DNA of 64,000 bases from NCBI RefSeq assembly GCF_009914755.1, contig NC_060933.1. The stretch is one strand, 5' to 3'. Positions 28,501 to 44,340 of this stretch are shown here, piece by piece. The translations under genes were made by a program, and so were the position numbers. Positions within the stretch are counted from its first letter, which is position 1, and every line of letters begins with the position of its first letter. The DNA is from the human T2T-CHM13v2.0 reference genome, Homo sapiens. The notes beneath the pieces are model-generated. The model searched no databases. It was not told where the DNA came from and saw nothing but the letters and a program-made list of their open reading frames with translations.

Positions 28501-31500
28501 GGAATGCAATGTAATGGAATTGAATGGAATCAACCCGAGTGCAATGGAATGGAGTGAAATGGAATGGAATGGAATGGAGACAACCAGAATGGATTGGAAT
28601 ATAATGGAGTGTAAGGGAATTGAATAGAATCAATCTGAATGTAATGAAATGGAATGGAACGGAATGGAATGGAATGGAATGGCATGGAATGGAATGGAGA
28701 CAACCCGACTGCAGGGGAATGGAATGGAATGTAATGCAATGGAATGGATTCAACTTGAATGGAATGGAAAGAATGGAATCAACACGAGTGGAATGGCATA
28801 GATTGGAATGGAATGGAATGGAATCAACCCGAGTACAGGGGAATGGAATGGAATGGAATGCAATGGAATGGAATCATCCGTAATGGAATGGAATGGAATG
28901 GAATGGAATGGAATGGAATGGAATGGAATGGAATCAACTCGATTGCAATCGAATGGAATGGAATGGAATTAACCCGAATAGAATGGAATGGAATGGAATG
29001 GAACGGAACGGAACGGAACGGAACGGAATAGAATGGAATGGAAGGGAAAGGAATGGAATGGAATGGAATGGAATGGAATGGAATGGAATGGAATGGAATG
29101 GAATGGAATCAACGCGAGTGCAGGGGAATGGAATGGAATGGAATGCAATGGAATGGAATCTTCCGGAATGGAACGGAATGGAATGGAATGGAATGGAATG
29201 GAATAAACCCGAGTGCAATGGAATGGAGTGGAATGGAATGGAATGGAATGGAACAACCCGAATGGAATGGAATGTAATGGAGAGTAAGGGAATTGAATAG
29301 AATCAATCCGAATGTAATGGAATGGAATGGAACGGAATGGAATTGAATGGAATGGAATGGAATGCAACGGAATGGAATCAACCCGAGTTCAATGGAATGG
29401 AGAGGAATGGAATGGAATGGAATGGAAACTACCCGAATGGAATGGAATGTAATGGAGTGTAAGGGAATTGAATAGAATCAATCCGAATGTAATGGAATGG
29501 AATGGAACGGAATGGAATGGAATGGAATGGAATGGAATGGAACGGAATGGAATGGAATGGAATGGAATGGATTGGAATGGAATGGAATGCAATGGAATGG
29601 AATCAACCCGAGTGCAATCGAATGGAATCGAATGGAATGGAATGCAATGGAATGGATTCAACTTGAATGGAATGCAAAGAATGGAATCAACACGAGTGGA
29701 ATGGCATGGACTGGAATGGAATGGAATGGAATCAACCCGAGTACAGGGGAATGGAATGGAATGGAATGCAATGGAATGGAATCATCCGTAATGGAATGGA
29801 AAGGAATGGAATGGAATGGAATGGAATGGAATGGAATGGAATCAACTCGATTGCAATCGAATGGAATGGAATGGAATTAACCCGAATAGAATGGAATGGA
29901 ATGGAATGGAACGGAACGGAACGGAATGGAATGGAATGGAATGGAATGGAACGGAAAGGAAGGGAATGGAATGGAATGAAATGGAATGGAATGGAATGGA
30001 ATCAACGCGAGTGCAGGGGAATGGAATGGAATGGAATGCAATGGAATGGAATCTTCCGGAATGGAATGGAATGGAATGGAATGGAATGGAATGGAATGGA
30101 ATAAACCCGAGTGCAATGGAATGGAGAGGAATGGAATGGAATGGAATGGAACAACCCGAATGGAATGGAATGTAATGGAGAGTAAGGGAGTTGAATAGAA
30201 ACAATCCGAATGTAATGGAATGGAATGGAACGGAATGGAATTGAATGGAATGGAATGGAATGCAATGGAATGGAATCAACCCGAGTGCAATGGAATTCAG
30301 AGGAATGGAATGGAATGGAATGGAAACTACCCGAATGGAATGGAATGTAATGGAGTGTAAGGGAATTGAATAGAATCAATCCGAATGGAATGGAATGGAA
30401 TGGAATGGAATGGAATGGAATGGAATGGAATGCAATGGAATGGAATCAACCTGAGTGCAATCGAATGGAATCGAATGGAATGGAATGCAATGGAATGGAT
30501 TCAACTTGAATGGAATGGAAAGAATGGAATCAACACGAGTGGAATGGCATGGATTGGAATGGAATGGAATGGAATCAACCCGAGTACAGGGGAATGGAAT
30601 GGAATGGAATGCAATGGAATGGAATCATCCGTAATGGAATGGAAAGGAATGGAATGGAATGGAATGGAATGGAATGGAATGGAATGGAATCAACTCGATT
30701 GCAATCGAATGGAATGGAATGGAATTAACCCGAATAGAATGGAATGGAATGGAATGGAACGGAACGGAATGGAATGGAATGGAATGGAATGGAATGGAAC
30801 GGAACGGAATGGAATGGAATGGAATGGAATGGAATCAACGCGAGTGCAGGGGAATGGAATGGAATGGAATGCAATGGAATGGAATCTTCCGGAATGGAAT
30901 GGAATGGAATGGAATGGAATGGAATGGAGTGGAATCAACCCGAGTGCAATGGAATGGAGTGGAATGGAATGGAGTGGAATGGAACAACCCGAATGGAATG
31001 GAATGGAATGGAGAGTAAGGGAGTTGAATAGAATCAATCCGAATGTAATGGAATGGAATGGAACGGAATGGAATTGAATGGAATGTAATGGAATGCAATG
31101 GAATGGAATCAACCCGAGTGCAATGGAATGGAGAGGAATGGAATGGAATGGAATGGAAACTAACCGAATGGAATGGAATGTAATGGAGTGTAAGGGAATT
31201 GAATAGAATCAATCCGAATGTAATGGAATGGAATGGAACGGAATGGAATGGAATGGAATGGAATCAACTCGATTGTAATGGAATGGAATGGAAGGGAATG
31301 GAGTGGAATGGAATGGAATCAACCCGAGTGCAGGGGAATGGAATGGAATGGAATGCAATGGAATGGAATCATCCGGAATGGAATGGAATGGAATGGAATG
31401 CAAAGCAATGGAATCAACTCGATTGCAATGGAATGGAATGGAATGGAAAGGAATACATTGGAATCAACCCGAGTGGATTGGAATGGAAAGGACTGGAATG

Positions 31501-34500
31501 GAGTGGAATGGAATGGAATGGAATGGAATGGAATCAACTCGATTGGAATGGAATGGAATGGAATGGAATGGAATGGAATGGAATGGAATTAACCCGAATA
31601 GAATGGAATGGAATGGAATGGAACGGAACGGAACGGAACGGAATGGAATGGAATGGAATGGAATGGAAAAAACCCGACTGCAGGGGAATGGAATGGAATG
31701 GAATGCAATGGAATGGATTCAACTTGAATGGAATGGAAAGAATGGAATCAACACGAGTGGAATGGCATGGATTGGAATGGAATGGAATGGAATCAACCCG
31801 AGTACAGGGGAATGAAATGGAATGGAATGCAATGGAATGGAATCATCCATAATGGAATGGAAAGGAATGGAATGGAATGGAATGGAATGGAATCGAATGG
31901 AATGGAATCAACTCGATTGCAATCGAATGGAATGGAATGGAATTAACCCGAATAGAATGGAATGGAATGGAATGGAACGGAACGGAACGGAATGGAATGG
32001 ATTGGAATGGAATGGAATGGAATGGAACGGAACGGAAAGGAATGGAATGGAATGGAATGGAATGGAATGGAATGGAATGGAATGGAATAAACCCGAGTGC
32101 AATGGAATGGAGTGGAATGGAATGGAATGGAATGGAACAACCCGAATAGAATGGAATGCAATGGAGAGTAAGGGAGTTGAATAGAATCAATCCGAATGTA
32201 ATGGAATGGAATGGAACGGAATGGAATTGAATGGAATGGAACGGAATGCAATGGAATGGAATCAACCCGAGGTCAATGGAATGGAGAGGAATGGAATGGA
32301 ATGGAATGGAAACTACACGAATGGAATGGAATGTAATGGAGTGTAAGGGAATTGAATAGAATCAATCCGAATGTAATGGAATGGAATGGAACGTAATGGA
32401 ATGGAATGGAATGGAATGGAATGGAATGGAATGGAATGGAATGGAATGGAATTAATCCGAATAGAATGGAATGGAATGGAATGGAACGGAATGGAACGGA
32501 ATGGAATGGAATGGAATGGAATGGAATGGTATGGAATGGAATGGAATGGTACGGAATAGAATGGAATGGAACGAATTGTAATGGAATGGAATTGAATGGA
32601 ATGGAATGGAATGGAATGGAATCAACGCGAGTGCAGGGGAATGTAATGGAACGGAATGCAAAGGAATGGAATCATCCGGAATGGAATGGAATGGAATGGA
32701 ATGGAATGGAATGGAATGGAATGGAATCAACCCGAGTGCAATGGAATAGAGTGGAATGGAATGGAATGGAATGGAACAACCCGAATGGAGTGGAATGTAA
32801 TGGAGAGTAAGGGAGTTGAATAGAATCAATCCGAATGTAAAGGAATGGAGTGCAACGGAATGGAATGGAATGGAATGGAATGGAATGCAATGGAATTGAA
32901 TCAACCCGAGTACAATGGAATGGAATGGAATGGAATGGAATGGAATGGAATGGAATCGTTCCGAGTGGAATAGGAGGGAATATATTAGAGTGGAATGGAA
33001 AGGAATGGTACCAACCAGAGTGGAATGGAAGGGAATGGAATGGAAAGGAAACTAATAGAATGGAATCAACCCGAGTGGAATGGAATGGAAAGGACTGGAA
33101 TGGAATGGAATGGAATGGAATCAACTCGATTGTAATGGAATGGAATGGAATGGAATGGAATGCATTGGAATTAACCCGAATACAATGGAATGGAATGGAA
33201 TGGAACGGAATGGAGTGGAATAGAATGGAATCAACCCGAGTGCAGGGGAATGGAATGGAATGGAATGCAATGGAATGGAATCATCCGGAATGGAATGGAA
33301 TGGAATGGAATGCAAAGCAATGGAATCAACTCGATTGCAATGGAATGGAATGGAATGGAAAGGAATACATTGGAATCAACCCGAGTGGAATGGAATGGAA
33401 AGGACTGGAATGGAGTGGAATGGAAAGGAATGGAATGGAAAGGAATCAACTCGATTGGAATGGAATGGAATGGAATGGAATTAACCCGAATAGAATGGAA
33501 TGGAATGGAATGGAACGGAATGGAATGGAATGGAATGGAATGGAATGGAATGTAATGGAATGGTATCAACCCGACTGCAGGGTAATGGAATGGAATGGAA
33601 TGCAATGGAATGGATTCAACTTGAATGGAATGGAAAGAATGGAATCAACACGAGTGGAATGGCATGGATTGGAATGGAATGGAATGGAATCAACCCGAGT
33701 ACAGGGGAATGGAATGGAATGGAATGCAATGGAATGGAATCATCCGTAATGGAATGGAAAGGAATGGAATGGAATGGAATGGAATGGAATGGAATGGAAT
33801 CAACTCGATTGCAATCGAATGGAATGGAATGGAATTAACCCGAATAGAATGGAATGGAATGGAATGGAACGGAACGGAATGGAATGGAATGGAACGGAAT
33901 GGAATGGAATGGAATCAACGCAAGTGCAGGGGAAAGGAAAGGAATGGAATGCAATGGAATGGAATCTTCTGTAATGGAATGGAATGGAATGGAATGGAAT
34001 GAAATGCAATGGATTCAACTCGATTGCAATGGAATGGAATAGAATGGAATGGAATGGAATGGAATGGAATTAATCCGAATAGAATGGAATGGAATGGAAT
34101 GGAACGGAATGGAACGGAATGGAATGGAATGGAATGCAATGGAATGGTATGGAATGGAATGGAATGGTACGGAATAGAATGGAATGGAAAGAATTGTAAT
34201 GGAATGGAATTGAATGGAATGGAATGGAATGGAATGGAATCAACGCGAGTGCAGGGGAATGTAATGGAACGGAATGCAATGGAATGGAATCATCCGGAAT
34301 GGAATGGAATGGAATGCAATGGAATGGAATCAACCCGAGTGCAATGGAATGGAATGGAATGGAATGGAATGGAATGGAATGGAACAACCCGAATGGAATG
34401 GAATGTAATGGAGAGTAAGGGAGTTTAATAGAATCAATCCGAATGTAATGGAATGGAATGCAACCGAATGGAATGGAATGGAATGGAATGGAATGCAATG

Positions 34501-35340
34501 GAATGGAATCAACCTGAGTACAATGGAATGGAATGGAATGGAATGGAATGGAATGGAATGGAATGATACGGAATAGAATGGAATGGATCGAAATGGAATG
34601 GAATGGAATGGAATGGAATGGAATGGAATGGAATGGAATGGAATCGTTCCGAGTGGAATAGGAGGGAATGTATTCGAGTGGAATGAAAGGAATGGAATCA
34701 ACCAGAGTGGAATGGAAGGGAATGGAATGGAATGGAAAATAATAGAATGGAATCAACCCGAGTGGAATGGAATGGAAAGGACTGGAATGGAATGGAATGG
34801 AATGGAATGGAATGCAATGGAATGGAATCAACCCGAGTGCAATCGAATGGAATCGAACGGAATGGAATGCAATGGAATGGATTCAACTTGAATGGAAAGG
34901 AAAGAATGGAATCAACACGAGTGGAATGGCATGGATTGGAATGGAATGGAATGGAATCAACCCGAGTACAGGGGAATGGAATGGAATGGAATGCAATGGA
35001 ATGGAATCATCAGTAATGGAATGGAAAGGAATGGAAAGGACTGGAATGGAATGGAATGGAATGGAATGGAATGGAATGCAATCAACTCGATTGCAATCGA
35101 ATGGAATGGAATGGAATTAACCCGAATAGAATGGAATGGAATGGAATGGAACGGAACGGAATGGAATGGAATGGAATGGAATGGAACGGAAAGGAATGGA
35201 ATGGAATAGAATGGAACGGAATGGAAAGGAATCGAATCAACGCGAGTGCAGAGGAATGGAATGAAATCGAATGGAATGGAAAGGAATGGAATGGAATTAA
35301 CCCGAGTGCAGGGGAAGGTAATGCAACCGAATGCAATTGA
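28481..35340 (+). repeat. Copy 1 of a ~6.8-kb collinear block repeated at ~8.3-kb offset
   Basis: Markers ggagacaacccgactg 28696/37051, gcaaagaat 29675/38020, ggaattcagagg 30292/38632, aaactaaccg 31157/39477, cccgaggtc 32266/40606, ggtacc 33007/41257 and ggatcgaaat 34585/42850. Confidence 0.92.
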
Positions 35341-36835
35341 ATGGAATCAACCCGAGTGCAATGGAATGGAGAGGAATGGAATGGAATGGAATGGAAACTA
35401 CCCGAATGGAATGGAATGGAATGGAGTGTAAGGGAATTGACTAGAATCAATCCGAATGGAATGGAATGGAATGGAACGGAATGTAATGGAATGGAATGGA
35501 ATGGAATCAACCCGAGTGCAGGGGAATGGAATGGAATGGAATGCAATGGAATGGAATCATCCGGAATGGAATGGAATGGAATGCAATGGAATAGAATGGA
35601 ATGGAATCAACCCGAGTGCAATGGAATGGAGTGAAATGGAATGGAATGGAATGGAGACAACCAGAATGGATTGGAAAATAATGGAGTGTAAGGGAATTGA
35701 ATACAATCAATCTGAATGTAATGAAATGGAATGGAACGGAATGGAATGGAATGGAATGGAATGGAATGGAATGCAATGGAATGGAATCAACCCGAGTGCA
35801 ATCGAATGGAATCGAATGGAATGGAATGCAATGGAATGGATTCAACTTGAATGGAATGGAAAGAATGGAATCAACACGAGTGGAATGGCATGGATTGGAA
35901 TGGAATGGAATGGAATCAACCCGAGTATAGGGGAATGGAATGGAATGGAATGCAATGGAATGGAATCATCCGTAATGGAATGGAAAGGAATGGAATGGAA
36001 TGGAATGGAATGGAATGGAATGGAATGGAATCAACTCGATTGCAATCGAATGGAATGGAATGGAATTAACCCGAATAGAATGGAATGGAATGGAATGGAA
36101 CGGAACGGAATGGAATGGAATGGAATGGAATGGAATGGAATGGAAAGGAAAGGAAGGGAATGGCATGGAATAGAATGGAATGGAATGGAATCAACACGAG
36201 TGCAGGGGAATGGAATGGAATGGAATGCAATGGAATGGAATCAATCCGAATGTAATGGAATGGAATGGAACGGAATGGAATGGAATGGAATGGAATGGAA
36301 TGGAATGGAATGCAATGGAATGGAATCAACCCGAGTGCAATCGAATGGAATCGAATGGAATGGAATGCAATGGAATGGATTCAACTTGAATGGAATGGAA
36401 AGAATGGAATCAACACGAGTGGAATGGCATGGCTTGGAATGGAATGGAATGGAATCAACCCGAGTACAGGGGAATGGATTGGAATGGAATGCAATGGAAT
36501 GGAATCATCCGTAATGGAATGGAAAGGAATGGAATGGAATGGAATGGAATGGAATGGAATGGAGGGGAATCAACTCGATTGCAATCGAATGGAATGGAAT
36601 GGAATTAACCCGAATAGAATGGAATGGAATGGAATGGAACGGAACGGAATGGACTGGAATGGAATGGAATGGAAAGGAAAGGAATGGAATGGAATGGAAT
36701 GGAACGGAATGGAATGGAAGGGAATCAACGCGAGTGCAGGGGAATGGAATGGAATCGAATAGAATGGAAAGGAATGGAATGGAATCAACCCGAGTGCAGA
36801 GGAACGTAATGGAACGGAATGCAATGGAATGGAAT

Positions 36836-39800
36836 CATCCGGAATGGAATGGAATGGAATGCAATGTAATGGAATTGAATGGAATCAACCCGAGTACAAT
36901 GGAATGGAGTGAAATGGAATGGAATGGAATGGAGACAACCAGAATGGATTGGAATATAATGGAGTGTAAGGGAATTGAATAGAATCAATCTGAATGTAAT
37001 GAAATGGAATGGAACGGAATGGAATGGAATGGAATTGCATGGAATGGAATGGAGACAACCCGACTGCAGGGGAATGGAATTGAATGTAATGCAATGGAAT
37101 GGATTCAACTTGAATGGAATGGAAAGAATGGAATCAACACGAGTGGAATGGCATAGATTGGAATGGAATGGAATGGAATCAACCCGAGTACAGGGGAATG
37201 GAATGGAATGGAATGCAATGGAATGGAATCATCCGTAATGGAATGGAATGGAATGGAATGGAATGGAATGGAATGGAATGGAATGGAATCAACTCGATTG
37301 CAATCGAATGGAATGGAATGGAATTAACCCGAATAGAATGGAATGGAATGGAATGGAACGGAACGGAACGGAACGGAATAGAATGGAATGCAACGGAAAG
37401 GAATGGAATGGAATGGAATGGAATGGAATGGAATGGAATGGAATGGAATCAACGCGAGTGCAGGGGAATGGAATGGAATGGAATGCAATGGAATGGAATC
37501 TTCCGGAATGGAACGGAATGGAATGGAATGGAATGGAATGGAATAAACCCGAGTGCAATGGAATGGAGTGGAATGGAATGGAATGGAATGGAACAACCCG
37601 AATGGAATGGAATGTAATGGAGAGTAAGGGAATTGAATAGAATCAATCCGAATGTAATGGAATGGAATGGAACGGAATGGAATTGAATGGAATGGAATGG
37701 AATGCAATGGAATGGAATCAACCCGAGTTCAATGGAATGTAGAGGAATGGAATGGAATGGAATGGAAACTACCCGAATGGAATGGAATGTAATGGAGTGT
37801 AAGGGAATTGAATAGAATCAATCCGAATGTAATGGAATGGAATGGAACGGAATGGAATGGAATGGAATGGAATGGAATGGAATGGAACGGAATGGAATGG
37901 AATGGAATGGAATGGATTGGAATGGAAAGGAATGCAATGGAATGGAATCAACCCGAGTGCAATCGAATGGAATCGAATGGAATGGAATGCAATGGAATGG
38001 ATTCAACTTGAATGGAATGCAAAGAATGGAATCAACACGAGTGGAATGGCATGGACTGGAATGGAATGGAATGGAATCAACCCGAGTACAGGGGAATGGA
38101 ATGGAATGGAATGCAATGGAATGGAATCATCCGTAATGGAATGGAAAGGAATGGAATGGAATGGAATGGAATGGAATGGAATGGAATCAACTCGATTGCA
38201 ATCGAATGGAATGGAATGGAATTAACCCGAATAGAATGGAATGGAATGGAATGGAACGGAACGAAACGGAATGGAATGGAATGGAATGGAATGGAACGGA
38301 AAGGAAGGGAATGGAATGGAATGAAATGGAATGGAATGGAATGGAATCAACGCGAGTGCAGGGGAATGGAATGGAATGGAATGCAATGGAATGGAATCTT
38401 CCGGAATGGAATGGAATGGAATGGAATGGAATGGAATGGAATAAACCCGAGTGCAATGGAATGGAGAGGAATGGAATGGAATGGAATGGAACAACCCGAA
38501 TGGAATGGAATGTAATGGAGAGTAAGGGAGTTGAATAGAAACAATCCGAATGTAATGGAATGGAATGGAACGGAATGGAATTGAATGGAATGGAATGGAA
38601 TGCAATGGAATGGAATCAACCCGAGTGCAATGGAATTCAGAGGAATGGAATGGAATGGAATGGAAACTACCCGAATGGAATGGAATGTAATGGAGTGTAA
38701 CGGAATTGAATAGAATCAATCCGAATGGAATGGAATGGAATGGAATGGAATGGAATGCAATGGAATGGAATCAACCTGAGTGCAATCGAATGGAATCGAA
38801 TGGAATGGAATGCAATGGAATGGATTCAACTTGAATGGAATGGAAAGAATGGAATCAACACGAGTGGAATGGCATGGATTGGAATGGAATGGAATGGAAT
38901 CAACCCGAGTACAGGGGAATGGAATGGAATGGAATGCAATGGAATGGAATCATCCGTAATGGAATGGAAAGGAATGGAATGGAATGGAATGGAATGGAAT
39001 GGAATCAACTCGATTGCAATCGAATGGAATGGAATGGAATTAACCCGAATAGAATGGAATGGAATGGAATGGAACGGAACGGAATGGAATGTAATGGAAT
39101 GGAATGGAATAGAACGGAACGGAATGGAATGGAATGGAATGGAATGGAATCAACGCGAGTGCAGGGGAATGGAATGGAATGGAATGCAATGGAATGGAAT
39201 CTTCCGGAATGGAATGGAATGGAATGGAATGGAATGGAATGGAATGGAATGGAATCAACCCGAGTGCAATGGAATGGAGTGGAATGGAATGGAGTGGAAT
39301 GGAACAACCCGAATGGAATGGAATGGAATGGAGAGTAAGAGAGTTGAATAGAATCAATCCGAATGTAATGGAATGGAATGGAACGGAATGGAATTGAATG
39401 GAATGTAATGGAATGCAATGGAATGGAATCAACCCGAGTGCAATGGAATGGAGAGGAATGGAATGGAATGGAATGGAAACTAACCGAATGGAATGGAATG
39501 TAATGGAGTGTAAGGGAATTGAATAGAATCAATCCGAATGTAATGGAATGCAATGGAACGGAATGGAATGGAATGGAATGGAATCAACTCGATTGTAATG
39601 GAATGGAATGGAAGGGAATGGAGTGGAATGGAATGGAATCAACCCGAGTGCAGGGGAATGGAATGGAATGGAATGCAATGGAATGGAATCATCCGGAATG
39701 GAATGGAATGGAATGGAATGCAAAGCAATGGAATCAACTCCATTGCAATGGAATGGAATGGAATGGAAAGGAATACATTGGAATCAACCCGAGTGGAATG

Positions 39801-42800
39801 GAATGGAAAGGACTGGAATGGAGTGGAATGGAATGGAATGGAATGGAATGGAATCAACTCGATTGGAATGGAATGGAATGGAATGGAATGGAATGGAATG
39901 GAATGGAATGGAATTAACCCGAATAGAATGGAATGGAATGGAACGGAACGGAACGGAACGGAATGGAATGGAATGGAATGGAATGGAATGGAATGGAATG
40001 GAAACAACCCGACTGCAGGGGAATGGAATGGAATGGAATGCAATGGAATGGATTCAACTTGAATGGAATGGAAAGAATGGAATCAACACGAGTGGAATGG
40101 CATGGATTGGAATGGAATGGAATGGAATCAACCCGAGTACAGGGGAATGAAATGGAATGGAATGCAATTGAATGGAATCATCCATAATGGAATGGAAAGG
40201 AATGGAATGGAATGGAATGGAATGGAATGGAATGGAATGGAATGGAATCAACTCGATTGCAATCGAATGGAATGGAATGGAATTAACCCGAATAGAATGG
40301 AATGGAATGGAATGGAACGGAACGGAACGGAATGGAATGGATTGGAATGGAATGGAATGGAATGGAATGGAACGGGAAGGAATGGAATGGAATAAAATGG
40401 AATGGAATGGAATGGAATGGAATGGAATAAACCCGAGTGCAATGGAATGGAGTGGAATGGAATGGAATGGAATGGAACAACCCGAATAGAATGGAATGCA
40501 ATGGAGAGTAAGGGAGTTGAATAGAATCAATCCGAATGTAATGGAATGGAATGGAACGGAATGGAATTGAATGGAATGGAATGGAATGCAATGGAATGGA
40601 ATCAACCCGAGGTCAATGGAATGGAGAGGAATGGAATGGAATGGAATGGAAACTACACGAATGGAATGGAATGTAATGGAGTGTAAGGGAATTGAATAGA
40701 ATCAATCCGAATGTAATGGAATGGAATGGAACGTAATGGAATGGAATGGAATGGAATGGAATGGTATGGAATGGAATGGAATGGTACGGAATAGAATGGA
40801 ATGGAACGAATTGTAATGGAATGGAATTGAATGGAATGGAATGGAATGGAATCAACGCGAGTGCAGGGGAATGTAATGGAACGGAATGCAATGGAATGGA
40901 ATCATCCGGAATGGAATGGAATGGAATGGAATGGAATGGAATGGAATGGAATGGAATCAACCCGAGTGCAATGGAATAGAGTGGAATGGAATGGAATGGA
41001 ATGGAACAACCCGAATGGAGTGGAATGTAATGGAGAGTAAGGAAGTTGAATAGAATCAATCCGAATGTAATGGAATGGAGTGCAACGGAATGGAATGGAA
41101 TGGAATGGAATGGAATGGAATCCAATGGAATTGAATCAACCCGAGTACAATGGAATGGAATGGAATGGAATGGAATGGAATGGAATGGAATGGAATGGAA
41201 TGGAATCGTTCCGAGTGGAATAGGAGGGAATGTATTCGAGTGGAATGGAAAGGAATGGTACCAACCAGAGTGGAATGGAAGGGAATGGAATGGAAAGGAA
41301 ACTAATAGAATGGAATCAACCCGAGTGGAATGGAATGTAAAGGACTGGAATTGAATGGAATGGAATGGAATCAACTCGATTGTAATGGAATGGAATGGAA
41401 TGGAATGGAATGCATTGGAATTAACCCGAATACAATGGAATGGAATGGAATGGAACGGAATGGAGTGGAATAGAATGGAATCAACCCGAGTGCAGGGGAA
41501 TGGAATGGAATGGAATGCAATGGAATGGAATCATCCGGAATGGAATGGAATGGAATGGAATGCAAAGCAATGGAATCAACTCGATTGCAATGGAATGGAA
41601 TGGAATGGAAAGGAATACATTGGAATCAACCCGAGTGGAATGGAATGGAAAGGACTGGAATGGAGTGGAATGGAAAGGAATGGAATGGAAAGGAATCAAC
41701 TCGATTGGAATGGAATGGAATGGAATGGAATTAACCCGAATAGAATGGAATGGAATGGAATGGAACGGAATGGAATGGAATGGAATGGAATGGAATGGAA
41801 TGGAATGGAATGGAATGGTATCAACCCGACTGCAGGGTAATGGAATGGAATGGAATGCAATGGAATGTATTCAACTTGAATGGAATGGAAAGAATGGAAT
41901 CAACACGAGTGGAATGGCATGGATTGGAATGGAATGGAATGGAATCAACCCGAGTACAGGGGAATGGAATGGAATGGAATGCAATGGAATGGAATCATCC
42001 GTAATGGAATGGAAAGGAATGGAATGGAATGGAATGGAATGGAATGGAATGGAATGGAATCAACTCGATTGCAATCGAATGGAATGGAATGGAATTAACC
42101 CGAATAGAATGGAATGGAATGGAATGGAACGGAACGGAATGGAATGGAATGGAATGGAATGGAACGGAATGGAATGGAATGGAATGGAATGGTATCAACG
42201 CGAGTGCAGGGGAAAGGAAAGGAATGGAATGCAATGGAATGGAATCTTCTGGAATGGAATGGAATGGAATGGAATGGAATGAAATGCAATGGATTCAACT
42301 CGATTGCAATGGAATGGAATAGAATGGAATGGAATGGAATGGAATGGAATTAATCCGAATAGAATGGAATGGAATGGAATGGAACGGAATGGAACGGAAT
42401 GGAATGGAATGGAATGGAATGGAATGGTATGGAATGGAATGGAATGGTACGGAATAGAATGGAATGGAAAGAATTGTAATGGAATGGAATTGAATGGAAT
42501 GGAATGGAATGGAATGGAATCAACGCGAGTGCAGGGGAATGTAATGGAACGGAATGCAATGGAATGGAATCATCCGGAATGGAATGGAATGGAATGCAAT
42601 GGAATGGAATCAACCCGAGTGCAATGGAATGGAATGGAATGGAATGGAATGGAATGGAACAACCCGAATGGAATGGAATGTAATGGAGAGTAAGGGAGTT
42701 GAATAGAATCAATCCGAATGTAATGGAATGGAATGCAACGGAATGGAATGGAATGGAATGGAATGGAATGCAATGGAATGGAATCAACCCGAGTACAATG

Positions 42801-43595
42801 GAATGGAATGGAATGGAATGGAATGGAATGATACGGAATAGAATGGAATGGATCGAAATGGAATGGAATGGAATGGAATGGAATGGAATGGAATCGTTCC
42901 GAGTGGAATAGGAGGGAATGTATTCGAGTGGAATGAAAGGAATGGAATCAACCAGAGTGGAATGGAAGGGAATGGAATGGAATGGAAAATAATAGAATGG
43001 AATCAACCCGAGTGGAATGGAATGGAAAGGACTGGAATGGAATGGAATGGAATGGAATGGAATGCAATGGAATGGAATCAACCCGAGTGCAATCGAATGG
43101 AATCGAACGGAATGGAATGCAATTGAATGGATTCAACTTGAATGGAAAGGAAAGAATGGAATCAACACGAGTGGAATGGCATGGATTGGAATGGAATGGA
43201 ATGGAATCAACCCGAGTACAGGGGAATGGAATGGAATGGAATGCAATGGAATGGAATCATCAGTAATGGAATGGAAAGGAATGGAAAGGACTGGAATGGA
43301 ATGGAATGGAATGGAATGGAATGGAATGGAATGCAATCAACTCGATTGCAATCGAATGGAATGGAATGGAATTAACCCGAATAGAATGGAATGGAATGGA
43401 ATGGAACGGAACGGAATGGAATGGAATGGAATGGAATGGAACGGAAAGGAATGGAATGGAATAGAATGGAACGGAATGGAAAGGAATCGAATCAACGCGA
43501 GTGCAGAGGAATGGAATGAAATCGAATGGAATGGAAAGGAATGGAATGGAATTAACCCGAGTGCAGGGGAAGGTAATGCAACCGAATGCAATGGA
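36836..43595 (+). repeat. Copy 2 of the 8.3-kb-offset block
   Basis: Collinear with 28481-35340. The offset falls from ~8340 to ~8250 where the ttaatccgaatag module (32452) is missing near 40745. Confidence 0.92.
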
Positions 43596-44340
43596 ATGGA
43601 ATCATCCGGAATGGAATGGAATGGAATCAACCCGAGTGCAATGGAATGGAGTGGAATGGAAAGGAATGGAATGGAACAACCCGAATGGAATGGAATGTAA
43701 TAGAGAGTAAGGGAGTTGAAAAGAATCAATCCGAATGTAATGGAATGGAATGCAACGGAATGGAATGGAATGGAATGGAATGCAATGGAATGGAATCAAC
43801 CCGAGTACAATGGAATGGAATCGAATGGAATGGAATGGAATGGAATGGAATGGAATGATACGGAATAGAATGGAATGGATCGAAATGGAATGGAATGGAA
43901 TGGAATGGAATGGAATGGAATGGAATCGTTCCGAGTGGAATAGGAGGGAATGTATTCGAGTGGAATGAAAGGAATGGAATCAACCAGAGTGGAATGGAAG
44001 GGAATGGAATGGAATGGAAAATAATAGAATGGAATCAACCCGAGTGGAATGGAATGGAAAGGACTGGAATGGAATGGAATGGAATGGAATGGAATGCAAT
44101 GGAATGGAATCAACCCGAGTGCAATCGAATGGAATCGAACGGAATGGAATGCAATGGAATGGATTCAACTTGAATGGAAAGGAAAGAATGGAATCAACAC
44201 GAGCGGAATGGCATGGATTGGAATGGAATGGAATGGAATCAACCCGAGTACAGGGGAATGGAATGGAATGGAATGCAATGGAATGGAATCATCAGTAATG
44301 GAATGGAAAGGAATGGAAAGGACTGGAATGGAATGGAATG
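42700..44340 (+). repeat. ~1.03-kb partial tandem duplication
   Basis: ggatcgaaat 42850/43877 and gaatcgttcc ~42891/~43922, with catcagtaa present in both copies. Confidence 0.8.

Noticed and set aside
35456-36514. Longest ORF (352 aa) and all other MEWNG-repeat + strand ORFs
   Set aside because: (GGAAT)n has an ATG in every unit and no stop codon in any frame. ORFs overlap in all frames and show no domain-like sequence.
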